DNA of 64,000 bases from Curvularia clavata (lineage: Eukaryota), in the NCBI GenBank assembly GCA_023920165.1, contig CP089275.1:682001-746000 (forward strand). The letters are read 5' to 3'. Below are positions 1 through 12,593 of this stretch, piece by piece. The position numbers and the translations under genes were made by a program. Position 1 is the stretch's first letter; every line of letters starts with the position of its first letter. The notes under the pieces are model-generated. The model saw nothing but the letters and a program-made list of their open reading frames with translations. It did not search any database and was not told the origin of the DNA.

Positions 1-7
1 TTTTCGT

Positions 8-214
8 TTGCCACGCTTTGAAGGAACAGTAGCACCTCAGCAGACTACCAATTGCAGTATAAATATCTCCCAGGATAACAATTGGCTATCTCTGAATGGT
101 CAAGAACGGTTGTGGCTTCCAGTAGAATACCGACCGGGGCACTTCTTCATTTCGGATAGATGTATTACCATAGCCAAACGCTCGGGAAAGACATGGAGAT
201 GTCGCTTCGTATAG
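8..214 (+). CDS. 3' end of a probable NACHT-WD40 (HET-E-like) gene; starts before the window
   Basis: Translation NNWLSLNGQERLWLPVEYRPG resembles the W...g..lLWLP.eyRP tail typical of fungal NACHT-WD proteins; only a fragment is visible. Confidence 0.45.
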   Translation: MPRFEGTVAPQQTTNCSINISQDNNWLSLNGQERLWLPVEYRPGHFFISDRCITIAKRSGKTWRCRFV

Positions 215-1302
215 AATCTCCCTAAATATGTACTATAGTGGACAATAGCTAGACTATCTAATTCGTTCACTGCTTTCTATTGACCAAGCTATAGCGATCA
301 AGGTGTCACTGTGTTTATATATCATTATCGCTATTAGACGCTCGAAGAACGAGGGAGTGAGGCAACTTTGATTCTTAATTTCATAGTGCTAAAGAGCCTG
401 AAGCGAATAGATACCGACTGACAAGGCACTATACACCCTGCGGCCAGGCCCGCCACGGTAATAATGGTTCGACACGCTGCTATTCACAAGCTCTTAGGTA
501 AGATCTTGCTCAGCTGTAGCTTTGCTAAGACGCACTGTGTAGGATACGGCTAGGCCGCTTCTGAGCAACATGTCATTGATCGCTACCTAGGCGTGCAACT
601 CAATCAAGTAACTGATCACTACTCATTGAATATCATGATTCTTCCTGCCATCTTCCATTTCTCGAGGCCAATCATTCCCAGATTTGGAACGTAAAAGGAA
701 AAGCATCTAGCCCTTTCATTGCTCTCCCTGTATTGCTCTCGAGTCAAAATTAGTTGTCTGCTCCTCAAGTCTCAAGCGCTCTACCATCTCTACCACACTA
801 ATCGACCTCATGATCTTACCTAAGAAGAGCCAAATCTGGATGATTTTTGCCATGTTTCAGATTTGCTTTAATGACTGCTCGAATGGATTTCTCGAGCTCT
901 TTCGCATCAAAGGTAGCGCTAGTGCTCCTAGGCACAATGGCAGAGGCTACGAAATTCACTCTAGAAGCAGCTCATACGCATCTACAGAGACAAAAGCAGG
1001 AATCGTATCCCGTCCACCAGTACTCTTCCCACTGATAAGCTAGAACATATGCCCTATGCTCCCATCTAACACAAAAATGGAGTACCGGTTCAAGATGGAC
1101 TTTCTACCTGAATGTCTTTTCAGTCGAACAATGATACTCATAAGGCCTGTCCTGTTACTGGTAAGCGATCCTGCACTTGCCCCACCCATGGCAGTGCACT
1201 TATTTAAGACACTCATTTGTCTAACCCTAACTTTTGAGAGCTCATTTGTACTAATTCACCCATTATATTCCTGTTTATATAATTTCTAGTCATATCGGAG
1301 TA

Positions 1303-2073
1303 TCATGAATCATTCTCTTCCTTCTTCATGCATCTCGACCTCACCGTCTTCGCCATCTCTGTCCCGAGCTCGGTGTTCAAACTTTCAAACCCGTTCGCTA
1401 CACCTTCCTGATCACCTGCCGGCATTTCTTGACTCATCTTCCACTTGCCACCAATGTCCGAAATCTCGATCTGGATACCAAGAATTGCGCTTTTCAGTAC
1501 CTTGATGTAAGGCTCAGGTGCATCCTCAACCACCCACGGCTTTTCCTTGTGGCCCATGATGTCAACTTCGTTATGGTTCGTCAGATCACGGATTTGCTTG
1601 TCCAGAAATGTATGTGTAGACTCGGCTTTCGTGTCATAGAATACTGTTGCGCGACCGTATGCTTGTACAGCAGAATAGTTCCACGTTGGAACTACCTTGC
1701 CGGTCGCTGGCTTGGTCTCGGTGTAGAATTTTGGCGTGACGTAGTGATGAGCAGGACCGTTGAAGATGACAAGCACATCGCGCTTAAGAGAGTAAGAACC
1801 GTCTGGGTTTATCTCGCTTTCAAGAGCTCCCTTTGCTGTTTCGACAAATGCCTTGGCTTGTGGGTTTGCTCTTGCTATATGGCCCCGCAGTGTGCCAAGA
1901 TTTTTCTCATTCTTGTCGTCAGGGATGTCCAAGACCCATGGAATATGACTAGACTGGAGGAAAGGGGTGGTCTTTGAATCGATCGCCGTGATCAAGAGAC
2001 CCAATGGATTCTCCTTGATGAATTGGTATAATGTAGGAATATGCTTTTCGGCATGGATCTCACGGAGATACAT
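1303..2073 (-). CDS. PaiB-like FMN/heme-binding split-barrel protein (usually annotated as negative transcriptional regulator)
   Basis: Intronless 256-aa ORF with family motifs SHIP, LRGHIARANPQ, HHYVTPKFY, VPTWNY, GKWKMSQE. Confidence 0.88.
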   Translation of the reverse strand: MYLREIHAEKHIPTLYQFIKENPLGLLITAIDSKTTPFLQSSHIPWVLDIPDDKNEKNLGTLRGHIARANPQAKAFVETAKGALESEINPDGSYSLKRDVLVIFNGPAHHYVTPKFYTETKPATGKVVPTWNYSAVQAYGRATVFYDTKAESTHTFLDKQIRDLTNHNEVDIMGHKEKPWVVEDAPEPYIKVLKSAILGIQIEISDIGGKWKMSQEMPAGDQEGVANGFESLNTELGTEMAKTVRSRCMKKEENDS

Positions 2074-2510
2074 CGTGATTTCTTCGTCGCAATTTTTGGA
2101 CAGTGGATAGGCTGTGATAGAAGTATGTACTCGGGCCTAAAAAGGTACAGCGAGGTAAGCCGACGAGTCCAGGCTACGGCTTATTAATTTTGGCGTATAG
2201 AGCGTCTGCCAGCTTTGTCAGGTAGGCCACATGATCAGTTTTAAGCCAATCAGATATCTTCAATTCGTAAATCTAGCCCACGGCAGGCATGTTAGTGACT
2301 TCGACTCCACGCGTTCACCCCACATATTCTTACACACTTGTGTAAATGTCTAATAACGTGAACAGACCTTACTCCACGAGTACTCGTACGACCGCGGAGA
2401 TACCGTACAACATGTTTCATCTCCTGAATCTTTCATCAAACGAACGTAGGCAATTATGCTGTTAGATGGATATTGTACTAAAAATAAGAATACGATTACA
2501 ATGACAATAG

Positions 2511-3227
2511 CTATGCTTTCAACAAGCGACGCAAGACCTTGACTTCAGGCGACAATTCCATCAATACCTGGCTCAATTCATCTGCTGCAGCATTCAACGC
2601 ATCATCGCTAAACGGGTGCAGCGCATCCATAATGATCAACACGTTCGTGGTATCATCTGACAATGCTGTCCTCGGACCCTGCCTCCAGTTCCAATTCCGA
2701 CAAGTAACGCCGACATCATCACACCACACCACCTCTCCCGGGCTTGGAGGCTCGTTCACCACCTCCCCACGTGAGTTCATCTCAAACTTCTCATCGCCCT
2801 TTGCGCGGATCAAGAATGGCGCTCCCGAGTATCTATCCAGATCTTCACCACCTAGTGGGATTTGATGCTTAACGGATATAGCGTTGTAGATATCTGTCAG
2901 TCGATTGACGCACGGCAGCCCTTTGTCAACGCGGCGTGTGAGCGCTTCGAGGCTGTTCTGTGTCTTCTTTGGTTTGGCACCGAAGGCAGTATATGCTTCC
3001 CTCCAGGCTTTGACATGGGGAATGTCGGTGACAGGTGTTTTTGCAAGAGTAGCTTTTGCGGCTGCTTCGGCTTCTTGCAAGAGCGCTTCGCTCTGTGAAT
3101 CGCTGGGTGCAGGTGGGATATTCGTGATTACGAGGAGGAGGGCGCGGTAATCTGGGCGTAACTGAAAAACCTCAGATGCTATGCGCGCATTGTCGAGGTA
3201 TTGTTGTGGATCGGCAAGAGGAGCCAT
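2511..3227 (-). CDS. Stand-alone B3/4-domain protein (PheRS beta editing-domain family)
   Basis: Intronless 238-aa ORF with WREAYTAFGAKP, SLEALTRR, VNRLTDIYNAISV, PLGGEDLD, GEVVWCDD..VTCRNWNWRQ..T motifs. Confidence 0.88.
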   Translation of the reverse strand: MAPLADPQQYLDNARIASEVFQLRPDYRALLLVITNIPPAPSDSQSEALLQEAEAAAKATLAKTPVTDIPHVKAWREAYTAFGAKPKKTQNSLEALTRRVDKGLPCVNRLTDIYNAISVKHQIPLGGEDLDRYSGAPFLIRAKGDEKFEMNSRGEVVNEPPSPGEVVWCDDVGVTCRNWNWRQGPRTALSDDTTNVLIIMDALHPFSDDALNAAADELSQVLMELSPEVKVLRRLLKA

Positions 3228-3747
3228 TATAAGTGATGAGCGTTTCTATCTGTCTAGATAAGAAATAGCAGCTTTAGATATTGAATAGCAGGTTATGAAG
3301 ATATGACAGCAATTGGAGTTTTTTCGGATGACTACAATTTAGAAACCCTGGCTGAATCTTTGCTAAATATTGCGCGATCGAAAAGCTGGCGTTGAAAATT
3401 TCCTTGGTTTTGACATGTAGGGCGCATACTGGCGAGGTGATGGTCCGGGCCCCAAACAACGCGGCGCTTTTTGGAATTCCTAAAAAGGACATCTGCGCTA
3501 GTCATCTTCAAGGGCGCGGTGATCATCGTGGGGCAAAGACCACGTGACCTGTATACTGCGCATTTGATTGTTAGAATGAAACCTATGGAGTCGTGTGAAT
3601 GCTATCCTTATTGTTACCTGCGCAACCTTACAGATAGTGTTTGATAGGAAAAGACACTATTCGCCGATGATTAAGCCTGGATCTATAGAGCTGCATCCCG
3701 AAAATACAATATGAATGCATTGAAACTCGTTTTTTTTTCATGAATCG

Positions 3748-3764
3748 TCTTCAGTAGTATACTG
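3748..3764 (+). repeat. tRNA-Asp 5' fragment (direct repeat 1)
   Basis: TCTTCAGTAGTATAcTG matches 16/17 of tRNA 43130-43146. Confidence 0.8.
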
Positions 3765-6700
3765 AATATTGAATCGTATGTCAAATCTACGGAAACGTGT
3801 TTTAGGAATATAATCTGCTAAGTATCCCAAGCTTCCTGTCTCGCTTACCAGTTCTGGATACATAGATAGGAGAGCCAAGGCTACAGTCGAAGCTGATCTA
3901 GGAACGAAGTAGAAGGGAAGCACGCACATGGCTGAATGATGGAGATCTGTTCTCTTTCTCTCTTTCCTCTCCTTCTTTCCATTTCTTCCTCTCGCTCTCT
4001 TTTGCGTCATCCCTATCTAGGATATGTCTAGTATTAGCTACCATGATATTTTGCTACTATATCTATTTACCGAGCTTTATCCTCGTCTTCTTTACAGTAC
4101 GTGAAAGGAAGCTAATAAGGATCGCATTTTGCGGGCCCTGGAAACGACTGAGTACGAATGCGACAGAGATTAATGCTGTCTTACGCTGTACTGCAGGGGT
4201 AGACCTAACGTGTGAATAACGAGGTTTGTTCCTGCTATAATCTACAATAGAGTTAGACTTGGAAGCGATGTCGGACGCTCACGTACGATCTCTACAACAT
4301 TGTCAATTCATAGCCCACGTGGGAATCTCGGACCAAAAACGTGACCGAGTCTTATGAACGTTGTTGTAAATCGAGTTGAAACGTACCACAGGGTTGGTGG
4401 ATACTAATTCCACTGCTCAGGTTGATTATGAAATCTGGCCGGCGTTTCTTACATCGCCCGGCAGAGTTTGAAGCCGTCTGGAGTGCATACGAGACTGGGA
4501 TGTCCAAGTGCTTGCTTTTGGATTGTTCAATTCGGTTTGAGGTCTAATCCAGCCCAAAACCCCCGGCTGCATGCCGCCAGGTTGGACAACTGTAGTCTTC
4601 GACTGTAGAATTGAGTTTACAATCGCAGTTACAATTTGATGAACTTTATGCATCAGTTTGTGGTCTCTACACCCTTTTGGTTTGGCTATTCCTGCTTAAG
4701 AAATGAGAAGATGGTCTAGTCGAAGACTTAATTGTCATCTCAGTCCCTGCTTGCGGCTCTTCGGCTGAAGAGCCCTCCCATTCTAGCAAAATCTAGCATC
4801 TCCCCATACTCAAGCTGATGAGCATAACTCCTGTGCATATATTACAAACTCCTCTGGCAGACTCCCACACGTATCCGCTGTCTCTGTGTTCCTCGCAGAG
4901 CAGATTGTTAGACTGGTTGTAGACAAGCAAGGCGATGGCATGTGTGACGACAGTCTTGAGTGCAATCTGCCAGATGTGTCGTTCATTTCCTTCCATCACT
5001 GTCGCCTGCATCGCTGATTGCTAGTTATCTATTCGTTTTGACCTTGTGAGAAGGTTCAACAGATGTCAACATCTTTCATCGTATCGACAATGGTAGCAGG
5101 GCAAGGCACAACAAGCATTTGTGCAACATGGTGGGGCGGAAGGATCTCGTATACGGCTCTCAACACGCAGCTAGCTCTGGACGGCGATGTCATGTAGTGC
5201 TTTTCGGTGGTGTATTTTCGAAGCGTCGACATCTGTGTCTTCGTGATGATGACTCTGACACAACGATAGGAGCATTTTGCTTGCGTTGTTCGCGCCTCGT
5301 AGCTAGATGGGGATGTATCGCATGCTACCACAGACTACCGTGTCACAGCTAGGGAACAGCGTTGCGTTTTGAGCTTGGAAGGTCTTACACCACATATTCG
5401 TGTGCCATCCACGGCTTTGCGGCAACTCTCATGTCGCACAATGCGTCCAGAAGTGAATTCGGTGGCATATACAAAGTTTGACCCATGTGCCTACGGTCTT
5501 CACCGGTGGGGGGTTGGCTGTGCTATAGCCGCAGTGGCTCAAGTAAAAGTAACCAAAGTGGAGGCAAAACGGCAGTGTACCTATGATGATTGCTATCAGA
5601 ACTATGGAGTCGGCAAGTATCACAGGTTTGTGCCAAGGCGCCAGTCCCAAAGAGGAGTAGCCTGGCCGTGCCGTAACAAGCTGCCACTCGGCTGGCAAGC
5701 GAGTGTAGCGATACACGTCTATCTGCGGCAACTCCGACCCTGCACAGCAAACCAGTGTGTACATAGCGTAATATCGGGGGCGAAGGTTTGGCCCAAGCCT
5801 AGCTTCGGCAATCTCGATTGATGAGGTCAAGACTGGGACGTTGTATACATGCGAACAACGGGCTGTGTTCGATGTCATGTCGCAGTGCGCGGCAGCGCAG
5901 CGCGTACCTGCCATGAGGGCATGTCTGGGGACAGTGTTATGCCAGCCGCCGCCTCTATTCCCTGAAGATGGCGTAGCCGCGACGCACCGCGGAAATGTCC
6001 AGGTGAGGACATGCTGGAAATTGAGCCTGCGATCGTCGTGGGCTCGGGAACAGTCACCATGACTACGCTCAGGCTTCATTCGGCTGCACAATCCGCAAGC
6101 AAAAGATATCTTTTTGTTCCTGCTAAATGGAATGGCGGGCCAAGTCAATATGGTCTTCAGAGAACGAAGATGAAGCAGGCGGCATGTTTGCACACATGTC
6201 GTCGCCTGATCTTCGTCGCATCGCCGAAGTCGCCATGCTGAAATCGCTTCTGAGGTTCATTTGCGCATGGCGCTCGCATGAACGGCGAGAATCAGACACC
6301 AGATTGCTATTCAGAAGCGTGTGAATGGTGATGCGACGGATAGATGCGAGCGACGCTCCCAGATTGCGCCCCGCAAAGCTCGGTGATGCTTCGGACAAAC
6401 CGGTGCCGAGGCTGTGGAAATGCTGAGTACCTGGAAAGGCTGCGATTACCAAAGTCCAACAAGAGGGGACGACGACTCTCATCTGATATGCGTGTACCAA
6501 TCCTTCACGAACAAGATTCCGCTTACACGAGCCAGTTGAAAAGCACCTGCTCTACCAAGCTTTCTTGCCATGCAATCTTGTGCAGATAAGAGTTTGCTTA
6601 GCGTTGCCATCCCGCCAATCATTCCCAGCTCCATATCTTCTTCGCCCGTGTTCCCTGTCGGAGAGACACAGATTCGGACTGGTACGAGGGCGAGACTCGG

Positions 6701-6828
6701 CAAGTGTCGCCACAGAGAATATCCGCTTCCTTAGCCACGCGGCCTTCTCACGTGTGATATGAACCCGTCGTTCACCTATTGCAGCCACAAATCGTTCCTC
6801 CATCGAGACCCTTGCTAACCTGCCCAAG

Positions 6829-8394
6829 ATGTCGTCTGACGAGGAGACCGGTACGTATGGCAAGACAGCTCATATTGACGAAAAGAACTTCAATCGCACC
6901 ACCTCGCCCAATGTCGAGCTGTACAACAATGCCTACGTCAAGCAAGATGGCGGCATCCTCTCTCGCCTTCGAAGCATCGAATCAAAATTGGACGCCAAGC
7001 TTGGTATCGAGTCGGAAGCCATCAAGAGGAAACTGCCAGAAGAGAAGAAACCAGTCCGCTTCCACGAACAGCTCACCATGTTTTGTCTCTGGGCCTCCGG
7101 CACAATGAACACATCCTGTTTCGCCACTGGCTTCCTTGGCTGGGAATTCGGATTGTCCCTCAAGCAGTCCATCGTCATCATCATCTTTGCTTCGATCCTG
7201 GGAGGTGCTCTCACTGGATTCACAGCCACTTTTGGCGCCGTCACTGGTCTTCGACAGATCTCGGCTTCCCGATATAGCTTCGGTTGGTGGCCAAACAAGA
7301 TCGTTGCTCTCCTCAATGCTATCGTGCAGATTGGCTGGTCTGCAGTCGCTTGCATCACTGCAGGTCTAGCCCTCGAGGCTGTTGCAGATGGCCACCTCTC
7401 CCTTGTCGTGGGCATCATCATCTTGGCAGTAGTCGCTCTCGTAATCTCCTTCGTCGGCCTCAGTGCGATCCTGGTCTACGAGCGATATGCCTGGATAATC
7501 TTCTTCATCATCTTCATGATCTTTTTCGGCGAGGCAGGCAAATATGCCGACAACACAACTCCCGCAAGTGTGACTGGGATCAACCAATCCGGCGCTGTCT
7601 TGACCCTCATCGCCATCATCTACGGCAGCTCTTGCTCGTGGTGTACCATGGCCTCCGACTACTACGTACACTATCCTTCCAGCATCTCTCGAGTCAAAGT
7701 CTTTCTCATGACAACCTTTGGCATCGCGATTCCGACTAGCATTGGCATGGTCGCTGGCGCTGTCGTGGCATCTGCTCTCAACAATAAGCCAGAATGGAAG
7801 ACGACCTACGAAGATGATGGAATCGGCTTCTTGATCCAGGATTTCCTCTACCCACGAGGATTCGCCAAATTCCTCCTCGCCCTGCTTGTGCTCTCGGGAA
7901 TCAACACCAACGTAATTAGCATCTACAGCGCTGCTATTTCTTGCCAGCAATTCGCTCGCCCGTTCTCAAAGATCCCCCGATTCATTTGGACCTTCCTTGT
8001 CTTTGTCTGCATCCTCGGTCTTGCTCTTGGCGGCCGTGAAAAGCTCAATGCTTATCTGCAGAACTTCTTGGGTATTCTCGGATACTGGTGCACTTCGTAC
8101 TTTATCATCCTCTTCTCCGAGCACTTCCTCTTCCGTGGCGGCAACTTTGACAATTACGACCTCGATGGATGGAATGACCCAAGCAGATTACCGTTGGGCC
8201 TTGCGGCTGGTACTTCGTTTGGTTTGGGCATCATTGGCTGGTTCATGGGCATGGATCAGACATGGTTTGTTGGACCTGTCGCCAAATTGATTGGCAGCAC
8301 CGGCGGTGACGTCGGTAATGAGATGACACTTGTGATCACTCTTGTCACCTTTATTCCTCTTAGATTTCTCGAGAAGAAGTATATAGGCCGTTGA
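6829..8394 (+). CDS. NCS1-family purine-cytosine/vitamin B6 permease (FCY2/TPN1-like)
   Basis: 521-aa ORF, many hydrophobic helices, GLRQISASRYSFGWW, ASDYYVHYP and LGYW motifs. Confidence 0.9.
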   Translation: MSSDEETGTYGKTAHIDEKNFNRTTSPNVELYNNAYVKQDGGILSRLRSIESKLDAKLGIESEAIKRKLPEEKKPVRFHEQLTMFCLWASGTMNTSCFATGFLGWEFGLSLKQSIVIIIFASILGGALTGFTATFGAVTGLRQISASRYSFGWWPNKIVALLNAIVQIGWSAVACITAGLALEAVADGHLSLVVGIIILAVVALVISFVGLSAILVYERYAWIIFFIIFMIFFGEAGKYADNTTPASVTGINQSGAVLTLIAIIYGSSCSWCTMASDYYVHYPSSISRVKVFLMTTFGIAIPTSIGMVAGAVVASALNNKPEWKTTYEDDGIGFLIQDFLYPRGFAKFLLALLVLSGINTNVISIYSAAISCQQFARPFSKIPRFIWTFLVFVCILGLALGGREKLNAYLQNFLGILGYWCTSYFIILFSEHFLFRGGNFDNYDLDGWNDPSRLPLGLAAGTSFGLGIIGWFMGMDQTWFVGPVAKLIGSTGGDVGNEMTLVITLVTFIPLRFLEKKYIGR

Positions 8395-9133
8395 GCTCCG
8401 TAGGTAAAATATTTATTCCGTCCTTTGCTCGTTTATAAAGCGGCGCAACTTGACCCACTTAAATTTCTAGCTTCGCTATCTTCACCATATTGTCTAACCT
8501 AGAATCACGTGCGCTAATACAGCGATGATATATCTAGCGCCGATGCCTGTGCTTCGTAAGAAGCTACACTATCTGTGGCTGTGTTCTGTCCTCTTTCTTA
8601 TCATATTATCGACTTTCGCGCAAAGCCTCGGCCATAACGGGTCGACCGTCCTTCCTGCTAGCGTTAGGAAGGTATTCGCCGGTTTCTTAGAGGAGAAGCT
8701 AACTCGGCTAAGTCGGATATGAATTCGCCTCTTCGAGTCGGCTTCACTGCACCATACGGTGGCCTGTACAAACTAGCGCACCTCTCTTCAACGCTGTTGA
8801 ATGCAGAGGAATCAAGCATAGGGTAACTGGTGCATTATCGCTACAGAAGGAAATCTGTTGTGGGAGTATCAAAATCACCATACACTGCCGTTCGTACACT
8901 GGCCCAATCTGGCCAATCCAATGTGGGTGCTCGAAACGGATTAATGCGGTAGTCTTTGCGACAGTCGGAATGTAAAGTGTATATACGCTAGCTTGCCCCA
9001 CTCGCTGATGTGGAGAAAAGATCGAAAATGGGTGGCTCAACCGCACTCCACGCTTGCGTATCTTAGCGCAATATATGCTTGTTTTCCATTGATACAATTA
9101 TTGTTTTTTTCTCTACAAAATATGAACCAACAG

Positions 9134-9149
9134 TCTTCAGTAGTATAGT
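9134..9149 (+). repeat. tRNA-Asp 5' fragment (direct repeat 2)
   Basis: TCTTCAGTAGTATAGT identical to tRNA 43130-43145. Confidence 0.88.
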
Positions 9150-10246
9150 AGATACTGAGACGGTTGTCATCTCTACGTTAACCCGTTTTAAGACTACAGC
9201 CTGCAAAGCCATACTGAATACCTATCTCAGTGACTATTTCTGATATATGGTAGCATAGAGAACGATACTCCATGCAAAAGTTGACACTGTTTTGAAAGCC
9301 CAAGTGGGCACATGGTCGCAAAATGGAGGCCCTCTCATTTAACTTCCTAGTCGTGCTTCTGTGCTAATTTCAAGGTCCTCCAAGGTCCTGGCGTGTTAAC
9401 GAACATATCTGATATTAAAACCGCAATCAGCTTCTAATATAGTTCTCATGTAACTTTGAAATGTAGTGTAGTGCACGACTATAGCTAACGCGAAAGCTTG
9501 CGTGCTATAGAGATAAACTATCGCGCTGCTCTCTAACTCCGCAGACCTGTAGTTAACCCATTGTCTGATTTAGCACGTCCTTGTTCTTTTTTGAGCACAT
9601 CGCTACTGATATATATATACGCATGATGTAGGATACTAAGTTCTGAGTCTAGACTTTGGTAAGTGGAGTGAGTGTTACTAGAAGAATGTCGTCTTTGCAA
9701 GCGCGTACAAAGGTGGAAAGCGTCTCCCTATCTTAGGGATATAGCTGCCGTACGGTCGTACAACGATTGGGGCCTTGCATTAGCACTGCGATCGCCAGAG
9801 CCGTAGATAGGTCCTTTAGTTTGATTGCTGAGAGTGATGAGGGGTTCGGATCGTCGATGCTTGTAAGCGCTGGGCTCAGGTAGACTAGATCTGATGGTAG
9901 CTATGCTTGGTCAGGTACTATGCTACCCAAGGCTCTATGCCGTCGTGTTATCGTTAATGACCCTTCTATCTCGCAACATCATCCATTGTGGACGTTCATG
10001 GCAAGAGTGTGGCCAGAGCGGGTCGGCAGTCGGCCATCGTCCTCGCTTGCGGTGGCGGAACTGCGATACAAATCGTTCATAAACATACTGACATTTGTTG
10101 TGCTTGATTGGCCTTGCACTAGAGCGAGACTGACAACAGATGAACAGGTCGATTGATTTGGAATGATGCAGTGGTCCAGTTTCTATTGTAGGATGGTATG
10201 ATATATTATGTACTCGAGCAACCTTTCATGCTCTGCTCTCAAGTAA

Positions 10247-10383
10247 CGGCACCTTTGTCACGCAGCAGCTTCACTATCTACCCGTAGCCTCCACGTGAAG
10301 CCGCCTGCAGTGCGTTGCCGTGCCTTCTAACCTGCGCGTTGACGTCGGCGCCCTTGTCGAGTAGCAGCTTCACCACATTGTAG
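10247..10383 (-). pseudogene. Ankyrin-repeat (NLR-type) fragment
   Basis: Minus strand reads VVKLLLDKGADVNAQVRRHGNALQAASRGGYG*IVKLL, the same repeat type as the NLR at 45.8-48 kb. Confidence 0.75.
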
Positions 10384-10530
10384 CTCAAAATACACTGCTC
10401 CGTGGGGAGATCAAGGGTCTCAGAAACTCCCTATCCATCAAGAAGAGACTGTACAACAAATCCTACACCCTACAGCTTGGGAGCAATCAGGGGTATCATG
10501 GAGGAGCTGTTTTCTGGTTACCCAAGCTCA
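10384..10530 (+). mobile_element. pogo/Fot1-type transposase C-terminal fragment
   Basis: Reads QNTLLRGEIKGLRNSLSIKK...GYHGGAVFWLPK, similar to the YHGGAVFWSP tail of fungal pogo transposases. Confidence 0.55.
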
Positions 10531-10686
10531 GGATGATGAGGTATTACGACAACAATAGAGGTTTGAGGCAAAGGAATGTTACCTTGGTTTGTGTGGGGTA
10601 TCGCGCCCAGATTTGCAGAGACGATACCTCCTACTCGGTTGTGGTGTCACGACAAGATGGAATGCGGCACTTTCATGATATTGCGC

Positions 10687-11175
10687 TGCTATAAGTAACA
10701 GCGAAGGATCTCTCCTTGACCCGGCCGCATGGTAGGAGACCATCGGGCGACACGTCAGAAGGTAATGATCACCGCGGTGTAACGATCACGTGACTGGTAT
10801 CACGCCAAGACCATGGCATCAGTGAGGCCACCCTGTTCATGTGAGGACACGGCCTCGCATGAAGGGACGGTAGTCAGTGACTTCAGGAGGAAGCCCTGAC
10901 TCCAGAACAAAGGCAATGGGTATAAGAATGGATTGGATTTCATTATTACACTTATTGTGGTTAACTCAGCAAAGTTCTTCTCTTATACAGATTGATACGT
11001 AGCTATTCTATGTACTAATAGAGTTAGTTTATCTATCTTTTAGTTACATCTATAACTCCTTTCCATCCGAATCGTCAGACAACTACCGCACGGTATACTT
11101 TGATAAACCGTCTCGCCCTAACTCGGATCGAGATTAGGTAAGTATATCCCTACTCCACGTAGACCCTGTGTAACA
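10687..11175 (+). mobile_element. Solo LTR, Gypsy family A (opposite orientation to the copies at 25-33 kb and 53-61 kb)
   Basis: Reverse-complement similarity to LTR 32859-33365; ends TG...TAACA; flanked by TGCGC/CGCGC (TSD with 1 mismatch). Confidence 0.85.
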
Positions 11176-11216
11176 CGCGCACACATCTTGACTCTAAGCA
11201 AACAGATACTATACCA

Positions 11217-12593
11217 TTAGGAGTGCAGACCTACATGACCGCTCTGATTGTAATTCCTGTACATGCCCGTCTCAAATTGACGGGCCAACGCTGAACACTT
11301 CGTGTCTCCAGTAGGCATCATTTGTCCCGCGTACAAGCCGCAGAGTCCGGTTTTACGGTCGACCCACTGACTATGTTAGTACCAGAGCATACCGTTTTGT
11401 CCGTGGTGGAGCTTACCCATGTCAGATTCGGCAGACCGCCCCAAATCATAGTACCAGCCGCTTTGCCATCGATTTGGTCGTGCAGAAGAAGAAGGCCCCC
11501 AAGGCCCCAGTCCTTCTTCTGGTCTTTCTGTGTCCCACCCATAGCGTTGTTCACCTGAACCACCCACAATCAGTATGGTTCTCAGAATCACTCCACAAAA
11601 CTTACCATGTCAACCTGCAACATCGCATTGATCGCTGCCGAAGCAGCCTCACCCAACTGTGGCTTGAAGAACTCCTCAAGCGTACTCTTCTTTAACAGCT
11701 TCTCATCCTCATCGGTCGTTAGAAGAGCTTTCAAAACCTTAATGTACTCCTCTGGGCTCGTGAAGACGCCATCACCACCCATACAAGACTGCATCTCCCC
11801 TCCATCCACGTCCAGGTATCCCTGTCTCGCCGCCGTGTACCTGACAGTGGCTGACCCTTCGTCTCGGAAACTCATATCCGCCATTCTGGCTTTCATGTCT
11901 GGACGAGAACTAAGGCGGAATGTCATGTCTGTGATTCCAAGCGGTTCCCAGAGGTTCTGCCGCATGTATGCCTCAAGTGAGAGTCCCGTCACGCGCTCTA
12001 TGAGTAGGCCAGCGTAGTCGATGCCGGGGCCGTACATCCAGCCTTCTCCTGGTTCGAAGGTGAGTGGTGCGTCGTATCGCTGTAACAGCTTTGCACCTGC
12101 GCCTGGCTGTCGTCCATGGTACGCGAGCCAGTCTAGGAGCTTGGGGTGCAAGGCACTGTAAGTCAATCCACTGGTGTGCGTCAAAAGCGTACGTAAGGTA
12201 ATAGGTTTAGTGTGCTCTATTTCAATAGGCTTTCCCTCATTGTCAAAAGATTCGAGAATCTTGAAATCTTTGAGCTCGGGGATGTGGGTATAGACAGAAT
12301 CGTCAAGGGTCAGCTTGCCGCGCTCGACGAGCTGCAGTGCGCAGATCGATGTCATCAGCTTAGTGCAGGATGCTACCCACATCACTGTGTCCGGCCGGAG
12401 CGGTTTGGCGTTTTCGGACTTCATGGACGTGTTGCCGAATGATTTAGCGTACTCGAAGGAACCTGAATGTGTGAGCAAGTGCTAATGGATACATGTCATG
12501 TAGACTACCATCGCGGTTTGTGGCGAGCAAGACGCAGCCGGGTAACTCTTCTGCATCGACAGCTTGCTGGATTGTTGTTTCGAAGTCGGCCAT
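11217..12593 (-). CDS. Beta-lactamase-family serine hydrolase / LovD-like acyltransferase (multi-exon)
   Basis: SxxK motif ASCTK, LLTHTSGL, FEPGEGWMYG, WGGLPNLTW/WVDRK; exons joined through canonical GT..AG introns; start MADFETTIQ at 12593. Confidence 0.85.

Noticed and set aside
4793..6500. Cluster of overlapping ORFs (up to 254 aa), possibly a decayed ankyrin-type gene
   Set aside because: No frame gives a convincing family motif; only vague fragments, so left uncalled
6933..7950. Antisense and alternate-frame ORFs over the permease
   Set aside because: Shadow ORFs caused by codon bias of the real gene
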